Below, piece by piece: positions 8,843-18,668 of a DNA stretch of 64,000 bases. Below the pieces are notes generated by a model that saw only the letters and a program-made list of their open reading frames with translations, was not told the origin of the DNA and did no database searches. The stretch is from positions 10,694-74,693 of the IMG/VR virus record IMGVR_UViG_2775506767_000005; one strand, 5' to 3'. The stretch is from a virus (Duplodnaviria; Caudoviricetes). The position numbers and the translations under genes are program-made. Within the stretch, counting starts at the first letter, position 1. Each line of letters begins with the position of its first letter.

Positions 8843-11800
8843 GTGTCTGAAGCAAAGAAACTCGACGCTCGGATGCTCCAGTGGCAGGACCAGTTAAGCG
8901 GCCTGACTGAGACAAACAGGGAGCAAGTAACACGCACATTGGCGCGTTCAATCAGCGGGACAGTGGCCGATCTGAAAGTTGCCTACAGCAAGTTCAACGC
9001 ATCAGAAGGAACGAGCAACCGATACACCATCGAAAGCCAGACGGTGAGATTCAGAGAGCTCACCAAAGCAGCCGAGGGGTTGATAGGCCCAGGAGCGCTA
9101 AAGAACATCAAGGCGATCTATGAAAACGATCTAAACGACGCCTACTCGCTCGGGACGTCTGCAAGCAGAGATCTCACCAAGATCGTTGATGGCGCGGACA
9201 CAAGCGCACAAGCAATGATCTCGAAGATGCCTGTAGCTGCGCAGGCAGCAGCAGGTCAGAACTTGATGCAGTTCTGGGACAAAGAAAAAGCAGCCTTAAC
9301 CAACAAAGTCAGAGAAGCGACCCTCTCCGCATTGCAGCGCGGCAAAGGATGGGCATCAGCTCAAAAAGACATCGCACAGGCCCTTCGCTCAAGTGGCCAG
9401 ACAATCCTGAGGGGTAGAGACGAGCTCAGCGTCACGGCCCGCGGCGGAATCGTGATGAACCTCGAGCAGCGGGCTGATCTGATCGCAAAGACGGAGATGG
9501 CTAACGCTTACATCCAGGGCCAGATATCGCAGTACAAACAAAACGGATACACACACGGCAGATGGTCGGCCACGGGTGAAAGAACTTGCCCGTTTTGTGT
9601 GAGTCGTGAGGGCAACATCTATACCCTCGACGAGCTCGAAGGCGCGATCCCTGCGCATCCTCGCTGTCGTTGCACGATCGCCCCTGTCCTTGAGGAGAAC
9701 GTCAAGAACGTCCAGAACGCAAGGGACCAGGGAGCGTCGGCGGCCCTGAACCTTGACGACGCTGGATGGACGGCAATACGTCAACAACGATTCAACGAAT
9801 ACCAGAAGTTCACCGGCAAGCCATTAGCTGATCCATCTAGGTGGATGAATGCGCCTACCAGTCGCCAAAAATTTCTAAACCCCAGGGCACAAGGAGACAA
9901 GCCCGCGTGGATGCCGTCGGGGAATGTTGTGCCAAACCTCGAGGGCGCACAGGCCGCCGCGATCAGAGCAAAGGATCTCGAGGCCGCTTCGAAAGAAGAC
10001 CAGAAGGATCTGGATGCACAGAACAAAGAGATCGAAAAGCAGAAGCAAGCCGCGAAGCTGGTGAAAGAGCGCAAGGGCGAGGAGTTCACCTTTAAGCGCT
10101 TTAGCGACGCTACCGGCGACGAACCAGGTCCGGACACGAACTGGACTTCCGAGAGGCAGAAGCTGCACGACAAAATTGTTCAGAACTTCCTGAAGGACGG
10201 CAAGAAAAGCGCGACTCCAACTTTCACCATGTCTGGCGGCGGCCCGGCTTCAGGGAAGGGCTTCATGCTGAAGAAGACCGGCCTAGATCAACCCGGCAAG
10301 GTAGTGATTGATGCCGATGAGATCAAAAAGCTCATCCCTGAGTACGCCAAAGCCCAGAAGAAAGGCGGCGATGCACAGCAAGCTGCGGCGGGCGTTGTTC
10401 ACGAGGAGTCGAGCTATCTCGCCAAGCGAATCATGGGCGAAGCTTCCAAGCGTGGTTTTGACATCGTTCTCGACGGCACTGGAGATAGCGGCATCAAGTC
10501 GCTAACCAAAAAGGTTCAGAAGATGCGCGATGAGGGGTATCGAGTTGAGGGGAAATATGTCAGCGCAGATACGGAGACCGCTGCACAGCGCAACTGGGAT
10601 CGCTTCCTCAAAACTGGCCGGCTCCCACCCGAGTGGATGCTCCGCAATGTTCACGCCGACGTCTCGCGCACTTTGCCTAAGGCAATGCAGGACGGCCTGT
10701 TCGATGAGATCGAGCTTTATGACACGAACAAGTCAGGGGAGCTGCGCAAGGTAGCCAGCCAGAAGGGCAAAAATAATCCAAAGATCCACGACAGCAAACT
10801 TTGGGACGACTTCAAGCGCAAGGGTGAGGCTGGACTTGTCACAAAAGAGCAGGGCGAGCGGCTAATCGAAGCCCGCAAACTGAAGGTGGACGTTAAAGCC
10901 AAGAGCAGCCACGGCAAGCACAGCAATGCTCGCGCCGAAGGGGCCGAGCCTGGCCCCGATACCGTGTGGACCCTTGACCGCCAGAAGCTCCATAAGGAGA
11001 TTGTCGACAAGTTCCTCGCCAACGGTGCCAAGTCGGCTAACCCGACGTTCACCATGAGCGGAGGCGGCCCCGCTTCAGGTAAAGGCTTCATGCTGAAAGC
11101 CACTGGACTCGACAAGCCCGGAAAGGTCGTTATTGACGCAGACGAGATCAAAAAGCTGATTCCCGAGTATGCGGATGCCCAGAAGAAAGGTGGCAAAGCC
11201 CAACAGCAGGCAGCCGGATATGTCCACGAAGAATCGAGCTACCTGGCCAAGCGGATCATGGCCGAAGCTGCGAAGCGCAGTTATGACGTCGTACTTGATG
11301 GCACAGGCGATAGCGGGATCAATTCGCTATCCAAAAAAGTGCAAAAAATGCGTGACCAGGGCTATCGCGTTGAGGCGAAATACGTCAGTGCTGACACCGA
11401 GCTGGCTGCGCAAAGGAATTGGGATCGCTTCCTGAAAACAGGACGCCTACCGCCCGAGTGGATGCTTCGGAACGTTCATGCCGATGTGTCTCGGACACTT
11501 CCCGAGGCAATGAAGAAAGGCCTATTCGACGCGGTGGAGCTGTTTGACACCAATCTGAGCGGCCAACTGCGCAAGGTCGTCAGCCAGAAAGGCAAAAGCA
11601 AGCCCGAGATTCTCGACAAGCAGTTATGGAACGACTTCCAGAACAAGGGAAAAGCCAAGCAGGTCACGCCCGAGGAAGGCGAGGCAATGATCGCCAAGCG
11701 AAAGGCCGAGACCGAGGACCTCTCAAAGACAAGATCTGCAGGCACAGGCAAAACACCCGCAAAGACAAAGCCTTCCCCCACTAAGGCAAAGGAGAGCGAC

Positions 11801-14047
11801 ATGGTTGACCGGGCGACGCGAATGAAGACCAGCGACGTCTTGGCTGATCCCTCCCGCTTCCAGTACAAGGTCAACTCGAACAGCAAGACAGGGGAGGTCG
11901 GCTCACTGTCCGGGGTCAAGACTTGGAACGAGGATTTGGCAGGCGTTCTTTCGGTCTGGAAGGACCCGGCCAACGGGAAGACCTACGTCATCAACGGACA
12001 CAACAGGCTTGCGCTAGCAAAGAAGCTCGGCGCCAAAGAGCTCCCCGTTGTTGTCATTAACGCCAAAGACGCCAAGGCGGCAAGGTCGATCGGCGCGAAA
12101 CAAAACATCGCGAACGGTGATGGAACCGCAATTGATGCGGCCAAGTTCATGCGCGACACCAACACAACAGCGCGAAGCCTGAAGGCCCAGGGCCTGAATT
12201 TGAAAGGATCTATCGCTTCAGATGGCGCTGCCCTGGCGAACCTGCCCGACCATATTTTTAGGGCCGCTCTTGAGGGCCGGCTGTCGATCAGTCGAGCAGC
12301 CGCAATTGGTCGAAGTGGCCTGTCATCCGGGCAGATGAACAGCGCTTACAACGTGTTGAAGACAAAGCCTTCGATGTCTGTGGGCACTCTCGACGAGGTG
12401 CTTTCGAATGCCAGAGCTTCAGTAACACGCACCACAAGCGAAGAGACACTGTTCGGGACAACTACTACTCAGACTTCGACCCTGGTCGAGCGGGCCGATT
12501 TGGCCGCGAAGTTAAAGGCTGATATGGGCAAAGAGGTGAGGATCCTCGACAAGGCTGCAGGCCGTGCCGATGTATTGAACAGCAAAGGAAACCGGATTGA
12601 TGCGGGCAAGGCTCAGGTGAAGGCGGCTGAAGCGCAGGCACGCCTCGAGGTTTTTGAGCTGACAAAAAACAGTCAGGGTTCGAACCTGAACAAGACGCTG
12701 AACGAGGCCGCTTCTGCAATCCAGGATGCCGGTGGACGCTCGGCCAAGGCTCAGGCCACCAAGACCGGGAGAACAGCCGTCGATCAGGCCCTCGACGCAG
12801 AAATTGCAGCAATGAAGAAAAACAGCAGCGGCTTACTTCGAAGCATCGCTGACCTCAAAGCCGTGGAGGCCGGCAAGGTCGCCCGCCCGCCCGAGCTCGC
12901 ACTTGCTGCGGAAGCTCCAGACTTGACTATCGACAAACGGCCCACGCGGTTGCTCGATCCGAAGACTGCGAAGGCAGGGTCAATCGGAGCTTTAAGGGTT
13001 AATCAAATCAAAGCCGACCCGAAGCGCTTCCAATACAAAGCCGCAACCGTCGCCGCCACTGGTGAGGTGGGTTCACTCGATGGAGTCCAGCGGTTCGACC
13101 CCAATCTCGCCGGAGTTATCAGCGTGTGGAAGGACCCAGCCAATGGGCAGACATACGTTATCAACGGCCACAACCGCCTAGCCGCGGCGAAGCGATTAGG
13201 GGCCGACGATATCGCTGTCAGATATCTCAAAGCCGACAGGGCTGAGGATGCACGCTCTATCGGAGCACTGGCCAACATTGCCGAGGGCCACGGAACGGCG
13301 CTTGACGCCGCGAAGTTCATGAGAGCTAAGGGCTACTCCGGCACTGACATGAGGGCGCGGGGAATTGCCATGAAAAAAGATGTTGCCCGTGATGGCGCCG
13401 CTCTGGCCAACCTCCCCGAAGAAATCTTTGGGGATGTGGTGAACGAGAACATCTCAATAGAGAAAGCGTCTGCAATTGGATCCGGCGGACTGGACCGAAA
13501 GGGGATGGAGGCCGTCTACAGAAATCTGAGAACCCGGCCGGCGGCATCCGTGAAAACGGTGACCGAGCTTGTCGCGGCTGAAAAGATGTCGATGGAGATG
13601 GGGAGCACCGGCTCGCTATTTGCTGAATCCGCCGATGATCTGGCCTATCAGATGAACCGGGCCGACTTGACCGGCAAGGTTCGCGACGACTTGTTAAAAG
13701 AAAAATCACTCTTTAAGGCGGTAAGCACAAGCCGGGCGGCTCGTGATCTTGAGAAGGCAGGCTCGACTCTTGACCTGGCAGCCAACAGCAAGGCTGCGGC
13801 TCAGGCCGAGACGATCCTTTCCGTGTTTGATCAACTGAAAAACAGCAGCGGCCCTGTGGCCTCCGCCCTTAGCAGTGGCGCCCGAGATCTCGCTGTCGCC
13901 AAAACTGCTGCTGAGAAGAATGTTGTCCGCCGCAGAGTGATGGATGACATCTCTAAGGCCGTCGATCAGGAACTTGGCGGAAACCTCGGCAGTGTGGAAG
14001 AACCACCTTCGGAGGCTCCCGGCCAGGAATCCCTGTTCGGGTTTTAA
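8843..14047 (+). CDS. MuF minor head protein fused to 2 zeta-toxin-like P-loop kinase and 2 ParB-like domains (polyvalent protein)
   Basis: MuF motif RA.LIA.TE...CPFC...HPRCRC; twice GGGPASGKG..IDADEIK..VHEESS..DGTG; twice RFQYK..GEVGSL..VW.DPANG.TYVINGHNRLA. Confidence 0.85.
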   Translation: MSEAKKLDARMLQWQDQLSGLTETNREQVTRTLARSISGTVADLKVAYSKFNASEGTSNRYTIESQTVRFRELTKAAEGLIGPGALKNIKAIYENDLNDAYSLGTSASRDLTKIVDGADTSAQAMISKMPVAAQAAAGQNLMQFWDKEKAALTNKVREATLSALQRGKGWASAQKDIAQALRSSGQTILRGRDELSVTARGGIVMNLEQRADLIAKTEMANAYIQGQISQYKQNGYTHGRWSATGERTCPFCVSREGNIYTLDELEGAIPAHPRCRCTIAPVLEENVKNVQNARDQGASAALNLDDAGWTAIRQQRFNEYQKFTGKPLADPSRWMNAPTSRQKFLNPRAQGDKPAWMPSGNVVPNLEGAQAAAIRAKDLEAASKEDQKDLDAQNKEIEKQKQAAKLVKERKGEEFTFKRFSDATGDEPGPDTNWTSERQKLHDKIVQNFLKDGKKSATPTFTMSGGGPASGKGFMLKKTGLDQPGKVVIDADEIKKLIPEYAKAQKKGGDAQQAAAGVVHEESSYLAKRIMGEASKRGFDIVLDGTGDSGIKSLTKKVQKMRDEGYRVEGKYVSADTETAAQRNWDRFLKTGRLPPEWMLRNVHADVSRTLPKAMQDGLFDEIELYDTNKSGELRKVASQKGKNNPKIHDSKLWDDFKRKGEAGLVTKEQGERLIEARKLKVDVKAKSSHGKHSNARAEGAEPGPDTVWTLDRQKLHKEIVDKFLANGAKSANPTFTMSGGGPASGKGFMLKATGLDKPGKVVIDADEIKKLIPEYADAQKKGGKAQQQAAGYVHEESSYLAKRIMAEAAKRSYDVVLDGTGDSGINSLSKKVQKMRDQGYRVEAKYVSADTELAAQRNWDRFLKTGRLPPEWMLRNVHADVSRTLPEAMKKGLFDAVELFDTNLSGQLRKVVSQKGKSKPEILDKQLWNDFQNKGKAKQVTPEEGEAMIAKRKAETEDLSKTRSAGTGKTPAKTKPSPTKAKESDMVDRATRMKTSDVLADPSRFQYKVNSNSKTGEVGSLSGVKTWNEDLAGVLSVWKDPANGKTYVINGHNRLALAKKLGAKELPVVVINAKDAKAARSIGAKQNIANGDGTAIDAAKFMRDTNTTARSLKAQGLNLKGSIASDGAALANLPDHIFRAALEGRLSISRAAAIGRSGLSSGQMNSAYNVLKTKPSMSVGTLDEVLSNARASVTRTTSEETLFGTTTTQTSTLVERADLAAKLKADMGKEVRILDKAAGRADVLNSKGNRIDAGKAQVKAAEAQARLEVFELTKNSQGSNLNKTLNEAASAIQDAGGRSAKAQATKTGRTAVDQALDAEIAAMKKNSSGLLRSIADLKAVEAGKVARPPELALAAEAPDLTIDKRPTRLLDPKTAKAGSIGALRVNQIKADPKRFQYKAATVAATGEVGSLDGVQRFDPNLAGVISVWKDPANGQTYVINGHNRLAAAKRLGADDIAVRYLKADRAEDARSIGALANIAEGHGTALDAAKFMRAKGYSGTDMRARGIAMKKDVARDGAALANLPEEIFGDVVNENISIEKASAIGSGGLDRKGMEAVYRNLRTRPAASVKTVTELVAAEKMSMEMGSTGSLFAESADDLAYQMNRADLTGKVRDDLLKEKSLFKAVSTSRAARDLEKAGSTLDLAANSKAAAQAETILSVFDQLKNSSGPVASALSSGARDLAVAKTAAEKNVVRRRVMDDISKAVDQELGGNLGSVEEPPSEAPGQESLFGF

Positions 14048-14062
14048 AAAGTAAACTGAACC

Positions 14063-14302
14063 ATGATCGATCTCAGTAATCAAGCGATTCGCGAAAGTTT
14101 CGATGCCATGCTCGAAGCCGTGTCAGAAGTGATTTCACCGGAGGAGCTAGTGATCTGGCATCACCGGATCGAAAACTGTGACAACCTCAGCCAGGCTGCA
14201 GAGGTGACCACCCAGATGATCGGCCGGCCGATGTCAGACGAGGAGCGACAGGAGGCTGACGAGGTCCGCCAGTCGCTAATCCTGTACGGAGAGGATCTTT
14301 GA
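14063..14302 (+). CDS. Small acidic protein, candidate immunity protein
   Basis: 79 aa, acidic, immediately downstream of the MuF toxin gene. Confidence 0.6.
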   Translation: MIDLSNQAIRESFDAMLEAVSEVISPEELVIWHHRIENCDNLSQAAEVTTQMIGRPMSDEERQEADEVRQSLILYGEDL

Positions 14303-14329
14303 TGAGGGCCGTTAGTACCGGTTCGAACC

Positions 14330-14358
14330 TTGACAGGTCCGGTCCGGAAAGGTAAGTT
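14330..14358 (+). promoter_or_regulatory. Host sigma70-type promoter for 14388
   Basis: TTGACA-17 bp-TAAGTT, preceded by the GTTCGAAC palindrome; AGGAGG SD before the ATG. Confidence 0.65.
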
Positions 14359-14387
14359 ATGCACGACGCCCTCAGGAGGCAAAACCA

Positions 14388-14588
14388 ATGGCTCTCTATG
14401 CCGACGAGATGGAGAAGATTGTCACCCAAGTAGCTCGCGGTGAAGAGCCACAGGTCCGCGAATCGAAAGATGCGGCGGAATTCCGTGAGGGGGTCACCAA
14501 CGAAATCGAAGAAGCCCGCAAGATCGCAGAAGAGCGCGGCCTCGACTTCATGGTCGAGATCATTAACGAGACTCCAGAGATGTGGTGA
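14388..14588 (+). CDS. Small acidic protein, candidate zeta antitoxin
   Basis: 66 aa, own promoter and strong SD, downstream of the zeta-domain gene. Confidence 0.65.
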   Translation: MALYADEMEKIVTQVARGEEPQVRESKDAAEFREGVTNEIEEARKIAEERGLDFMVEIINETPEMW

Positions 14589-14659
14589 TTGGCCTGAGAA
14601 GTCAATGCCTGAGTGAGCTTTTCATCTGACGGAACACTCAGGCAGTACCAAACTGACCA

Positions 14660-14905
14660 GTGACTCAGTCCGTAAACATCCTGCGAATCGTTTTTAATTC
14701 CGGCCGAGTCGTCGAAGAGCGTGGCGGAGAGGACATGATCATTGCTCTGTTTGCGCGAGACATTGAGGGCTTGATCGATTACATCATGGCTATCGATATG
14801 AGTGATGGGAAAGTGAATATCTACTGCGACGAAGACGACCAGCGATTTAATAACACTGAGGTCTTGATGTCGACGGATGTCCTCAGGTGGAACCGCCGGA
14901 GCTGA
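14660..14905 (+). CDS. Hypothetical protein (late promoter)
   Basis: GGAACACT at 14631, GTG 29 nt later. Confidence 0.6.
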   Translation: MTQSVNILRIVFNSGRVVEERGGEDMIIALFARDIEGLIDYIMAIDMSDGKVNIYCDEDDQRFNNTEVLMSTDVLRWNRRS

Positions 14906-15038
14906 TTGTTACGAAACGCGACAAGCTGGGGTAGAATGAAGCGCAGATGGTCCTCTTCGGGCATAATGAGCGCAGATCAGTTGAGCATCTCTTCGAGCTC
15001 CTGGTCGAAATCAATTCGTCCATCTACAGATTTTTCTC

Positions 15039-15230
15039 ATGGCTACAGCCACCTGCATTGCAGCGACCCTGCTCGCTGTCCTATCGGTCCCATTTGCTGT
15101 TGTTCTCTGGCTAACCGAGAGCAAGTATCAGAAGGCGCGTCGCTGGCACAAGGCCGGCGCGACCTACAAGTTGATCGGAGAGCGTCTCGGATGTCACGCA
15201 ACGACTGCTAAGCGCTGGAGCCTTGCTTAA
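15039..15230 (+). CDS. Small membrane-anchored HTH-like protein
   Basis: Hydrophobic N-terminus, then GATYKLIGERLGCHATTAKRW HTH-like segment; GGGGTAGAAT promoter at 14928. Confidence 0.55.
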   Translation: MATATCIAATLLAVLSVPFAVVLWLTESKYQKARRWHKAGATYKLIGERLGCHATTAKRWSLA

Positions 15231-15321
15231 CTGCTCTGAAGGGGCAACGGTTGCAAGCGATCCGGGTAGAATGACTTATCAGCATTAGAACCTTGATCAT
15301 CTTCGTCTTGCAGAACTTGAT

Positions 15322-15714
15322 GTGAAAATCGAACCCTCCCTGCAGATCATTCCTGGAGGCTCTGCCTTCAAGTCTCACGGCGGTCGGTTTGGCTATCGCG
15401 TCATCGGCCCTGTCTGCAGGCTCTACGACCGAAACGAGCTGCCCTGGCCATCCTGCAGCCTGAGTTGGAGAGGCAAGCAGCCAAGCTGGAACCGGGTCGG
15501 AAAGCGCTTGATTCCAGACATGGCGGCGGCGAGATGTCCCAGCTACCAGGTCGAGGGTGTCGACGCTTACGGCAACACCTGGACACAGTCAATGACCCTT
15601 TACGAGGAGAAGCTCGTCAGTGATCTCAAACATTGGTGGATCACAAGGAAGCCTCAGAGTCAGGGCTATCCCGAACTTCCGCCCCAATCGCTCGGAGACT
15701 CCGATCATGTTTGA
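15322..15714 (+). CDS. Conserved cyanophage-type hypothetical protein
   Basis: 130-aa ORF, promoter GGGTAGAAT at 15264. Confidence 0.6.
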   Translation: MKIEPSLQIIPGGSAFKSHGGRFGYRVIGPVCRLYDRNELPWPSCSLSWRGKQPSWNRVGKRLIPDMAAARCPSYQVEGVDAYGNTWTQSMTLYEEKLVSDLKHWWITRKPQSQGYPELPPQSLGDSDHV

Positions 15715-15979
15715 CGACTTGACCGATCATGGTTCGAATAGTTATAAAGATTTCATCGAGGCAATTTTGCTCGATACAAGCCACGACCTGCCTGCCGGCT
15801 CAGAAGCAATGTCCCTCAAAGAACTCAACATTCAGATCGATTGCGAGCTTCTTGAGGAGGCCCTGAGCGACTTCCTTCAAATTCCACTAGCCCGCCGCTC
15901 TGCCGCTATTGCTGATTTCGCAGAAGCTGACCCAGCCCTCGCGAAGAAGCTACACCTCGAGCTTCTTTTTCAGTCTTGA
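15707..15979 (+). CDS. Hypothetical protein
   Basis: ATG 15707 overlaps the previous gene; coupled to the next gene. Confidence 0.55.
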   Translation: MFDDLTDHGSNSYKDFIEAILLDTSHDLPAGSEAMSLKELNIQIDCELLEEALSDFLQIPLARRSAAIADFAEADPALAKKLHLELLFQS

Positions 15980-16170
15980 CTGATCAGCATTCGAACAAGT
16001 ACAGGGCCATGAGTCAAATCGCCAGCCGCAATCCAGTCGTCCATCTATTGAGCGAACAGCTCGATACAGCTCTTGACGCTTACGGCCAAGACCAAAGCGA
16101 GGTCAACCGGTATCAGGTAGCCGTCGCCTCACAGCGTCTCATGAGCGCTGCTCGTGAGCTGGGGGTTTGA
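15976..16170 (+). CDS. Hypothetical protein
   Basis: 4-bp overlaps with both neighbours. Confidence 0.55.
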   Translation: MTDQHSNKYRAMSQIASRNPVVHLLSEQLDTALDAYGQDQSEVNRYQVAVASQRLMSAARELGV

Positions 16171-16853
16171 TGTTCCGCTCCCTGGTCGGGGCCTCCGCCT
16201 GCTTTGCCTGCCTAGCCCCCCTGCCTCACAGTTCCCCGCCTGTCCAGCCGCCACCGCCAGGGGCAATCAGGACCATGTCATTTCAGCAGCTTACGGAGAG
16301 CGAACAAACAGCAATAGTGGCCCGCGCTCTCAGCCCACTCCTCGATGCAATCGCCGATGTAGAGGGTGGCTCTCAGAGTCTCAACGCTGCAAATAGGGGC
16401 CGCGCTGGCGACACCCCCGGCGGATGCCTCAGCGTCCTCGGGCGCAACTGCACCGACATGACCGTGGGCGAAGTGATCCAGGCTCAGCGCTGGTCAATCT
16501 TTGCCGTCGGCGCTTATCAATTCGTCCCCTGCACGCTCAAATCGTTGATCGCTAAAAGCGGATTTAATTCTGCGCGTCGTTTTGACAAGGTCACTCAGCA
16601 AGAGCTAGCCGTTTTAAACATTAAATACATGAGGCCGCAGGTCTGGGCCTATGTCCTGGGCGAGCCCGTAAGTGCTTACCGTGCGGCTCTCGAGATGGCC
16701 AAGGAGTGGGCATCGGTCGGACACCCTTCCGACAATCGGTCTTATTACGCGGGTGGCCGCGGCGGCAACAAAGCCAAGATCTCGACCTCGTTTGTCAGCC
16801 AAACATTGAGGGACGTTCGCGGAACACTGTCTCGGCCTCAGGTGATCCGATGA
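16167..16853 (+). CDS. Lysozyme-like muramidase/transglycosylase with N-terminal signal-like segment
   Basis: LLDAIADVEGG, MTVGEVIQAQ, FAVGAYQF..TL, RFDKVTQQELA, LAKEWAS-like motifs of lambda-lysozyme-like proteins. Confidence 0.75.
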   Translation: MMFRSLVGASACFACLAPLPHSSPPVQPPPPGAIRTMSFQQLTESEQTAIVARALSPLLDAIADVEGGSQSLNAANRGRAGDTPGGCLSVLGRNCTDMTVGEVIQAQRWSIFAVGAYQFVPCTLKSLIAKSGFNSARRFDKVTQQELAVLNIKYMRPQVWAYVLGEPVSAYRAALEMAKEWASVGHPSDNRSYYAGGRGGNKAKISTSFVSQTLRDVRGTLSRPQVIR

Positions 16854-17125
16854 GACTTGATGATGAGTTCGGGCGCTTCCTGGCCTTTGCCATCGCCATA
16901 CGTCGCCGTGACGAGGTAGCGGTCAAACAGTTCGCGACCAAGATGGCCACAGAGTTGGTCGAAGATTTTGAGATACAAGAGGCTTTAAAGAACACCACAA
17001 TCAGAAACGCTGAGGGGCGCCGCCGCCAGGAAGAGAAACTTGAAACCGAGATGACTCAATACATGAAGCAGCTCGGCTCGTTAGTTGATGAAGATGGAAT
17101 GGACTGGCTGAGAGAGCAGATCTGA
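16850..17125 (+). CDS. Hypothetical protein
   Basis: ATG overlaps the lysozyme stop (ATGA). Confidence 0.55.
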   Translation: MRLDDEFGRFLAFAIAIRRRDEVAVKQFATKMATELVEDFEIQEALKNTTIRNAEGRRRQEEKLETEMTQYMKQLGSLVDEDGMDWLREQI

Positions 17126-17161
17126 TATTCGGAACCCTTGAGGGATTCCAGACGTGCTCCT

Positions 17162-17620
17162 GTGACCTACTACGAAACCAGCGCGGTCCCTGACATCTCA
17201 ACGGTCTGGGGCGAAAATGCAGCTCCCCTAAGCCAGACCAGAGAAGAGACAAGAGAGGACCTGCGCCGCATCCTGAATATCCCAGTAAGTCTTGAGGGCC
17301 TAGGCAATCTGACCCGTCAAATGAACGCAACCGCTGAGCTTTCTGGCTCCGCCGCTGCAGGCATCGAAGCAAATATCGGGGAGTACAAAACGCTCGAAAC
17401 CAGCCGAACCGCGATCCAGAACAAAGCTTCGTGGGATGGGAGCGCACCACTGAAAAAAGCAGACGTCGTGGAGTACGACACAAGCCTTCTCGCCAGACCT
17501 GACGCGATCATCGCCCAGACGCAGGGGATCAACGCCCGCATGGGCCAGCTCGAAATGGAGATTCGCGTCTCATTAGGTCTGACGCCTGGACATGGCACCG
17601 CTCGCCTGTATCGCAGCTAA
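17162..17620 (+). CDS. Putative head-tail adaptor
   Basis: Position and size; late promoter at 17131 puts the start at GTG 17162. Confidence 0.5.
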   Translation: MTYYETSAVPDISTVWGENAAPLSQTREETREDLRRILNIPVSLEGLGNLTRQMNATAELSGSAAAGIEANIGEYKTLETSRTAIQNKASWDGSAPLKKADVVEYDTSLLARPDAIIAQTQGINARMGQLEMEIRVSLGLTPGHGTARLYRS

Positions 17621-18093
17621 TGGCATCCCCACTCGCACAATTCGCTAACGCTCGAATCCTCTTCAAAGCCTCAGGCGCTCGCACTAACGGCCGAGACGGA
17701 TTCAAGGTTGCGGAGGGTCAGTCTTATTTGATCCAAGCCTTTTTGAAACGCAGGTCCACCCCAGGACTGCTCGACGACCGACTAGGCCTCCCGGCAGTCG
17801 ATGGAATGCCACTGCAATGGCAGGGGTATGTCATCAACTTTGCGCCAGTCAGCAGCGCAGAGTCCGCCGTCTTTCACTCGATCGACTTGGCAGGCTTGGC
17901 CTTCGACGAGTCGATGGCTCTTCCCGCAGAAGTACGAAGAGACTCGAAGGGCACTCTGCATGTTCCGGGTCATGAGCTGATTGAGATCAGATTCACCGAC
18001 AAGGCCGGAAAGTTTGGAAGCGAGGGCATTGGCGGGATCATCCGAGGCGTTCTTGGCGACTCGCTATTCCTCGAAGGGGGACAAATCGGATGA
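17620..18093 (+). CDS. Putative head closure protein
   Basis: Position in the head-tail joining cluster; translationally coupled. Confidence 0.45.
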   Translation: MASPLAQFANARILFKASGARTNGRDGFKVAEGQSYLIQAFLKRRSTPGLLDDRLGLPAVDGMPLQWQGYVINFAPVSSAESAVFHSIDLAGLAFDESMALPAEVRRDSKGTLHVPGHELIEIRFTDKAGKFGSEGIGGIIRGVLGDSLFLEGGQIG

Positions 18094-18635
18094 CCAATAT
18101 TCGCGCAACAATTGGGTTCGAAGTCACGTCCGACATCGAGGGAAAGCTGCGCCTAGCAACAGAACAAGCGTTTGCTCAGGTTGCTGGTGAGCTGACTGGA
18201 CGCCTTGATGCGGCCGTGTCAGGTGACCATTGGCCATGGCCTGACGCAACACCTCGCTTCGGCGGCTCCAGGGATCTTCAATCTGCTGCTGATAACTGGA
18301 ACACGTACCTGACAGGCAATGGCATGGGTCAGCGGCCAAAATCCGTGGCGGGCTCTCCTCGTTCGATTGTCGACAGCGGCAACCTCAAGCAATCCAGAGA
18401 CTTCAGCCTGAATCGCGCCACCTTGCAAGCCGAATGGAACTGGAACGCCGACTATGCGGCTGCGGTTCATGAAGGCGCATATATCCACCCGTTTGGCAAC
18501 CGAAATAAAATCGTGCAAATACCAGCGAGGCCCTGGACTCAGGCCGTGATCGAAGGCAACACGGTCGCCACGGGTATTCCGGTTTATCCCATAGCTGCAA
18601 ACCTCAGGAAGTACATCAAGCAAAGGGTCGGCTGA
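18090..18635 (+). CDS. Tail completion protein (HK97 gp10-like)
   Basis: IVDSGNLKQS, YAAAVHEG, PARPWT motifs. Confidence 0.7.
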   Translation: MTNIRATIGFEVTSDIEGKLRLATEQAFAQVAGELTGRLDAAVSGDHWPWPDATPRFGGSRDLQSAADNWNTYLTGNGMGQRPKSVAGSPRSIVDSGNLKQSRDFSLNRATLQAEWNWNADYAAAVHEGAYIHPFGNRNKIVQIPARPWTQAVIEGNTVATGIPVYPIAANLRKYIKQRVG

Positions 18636-18668
18636 CCTCGGAACACTGGGCCAGTTCCCGGCTAACCC

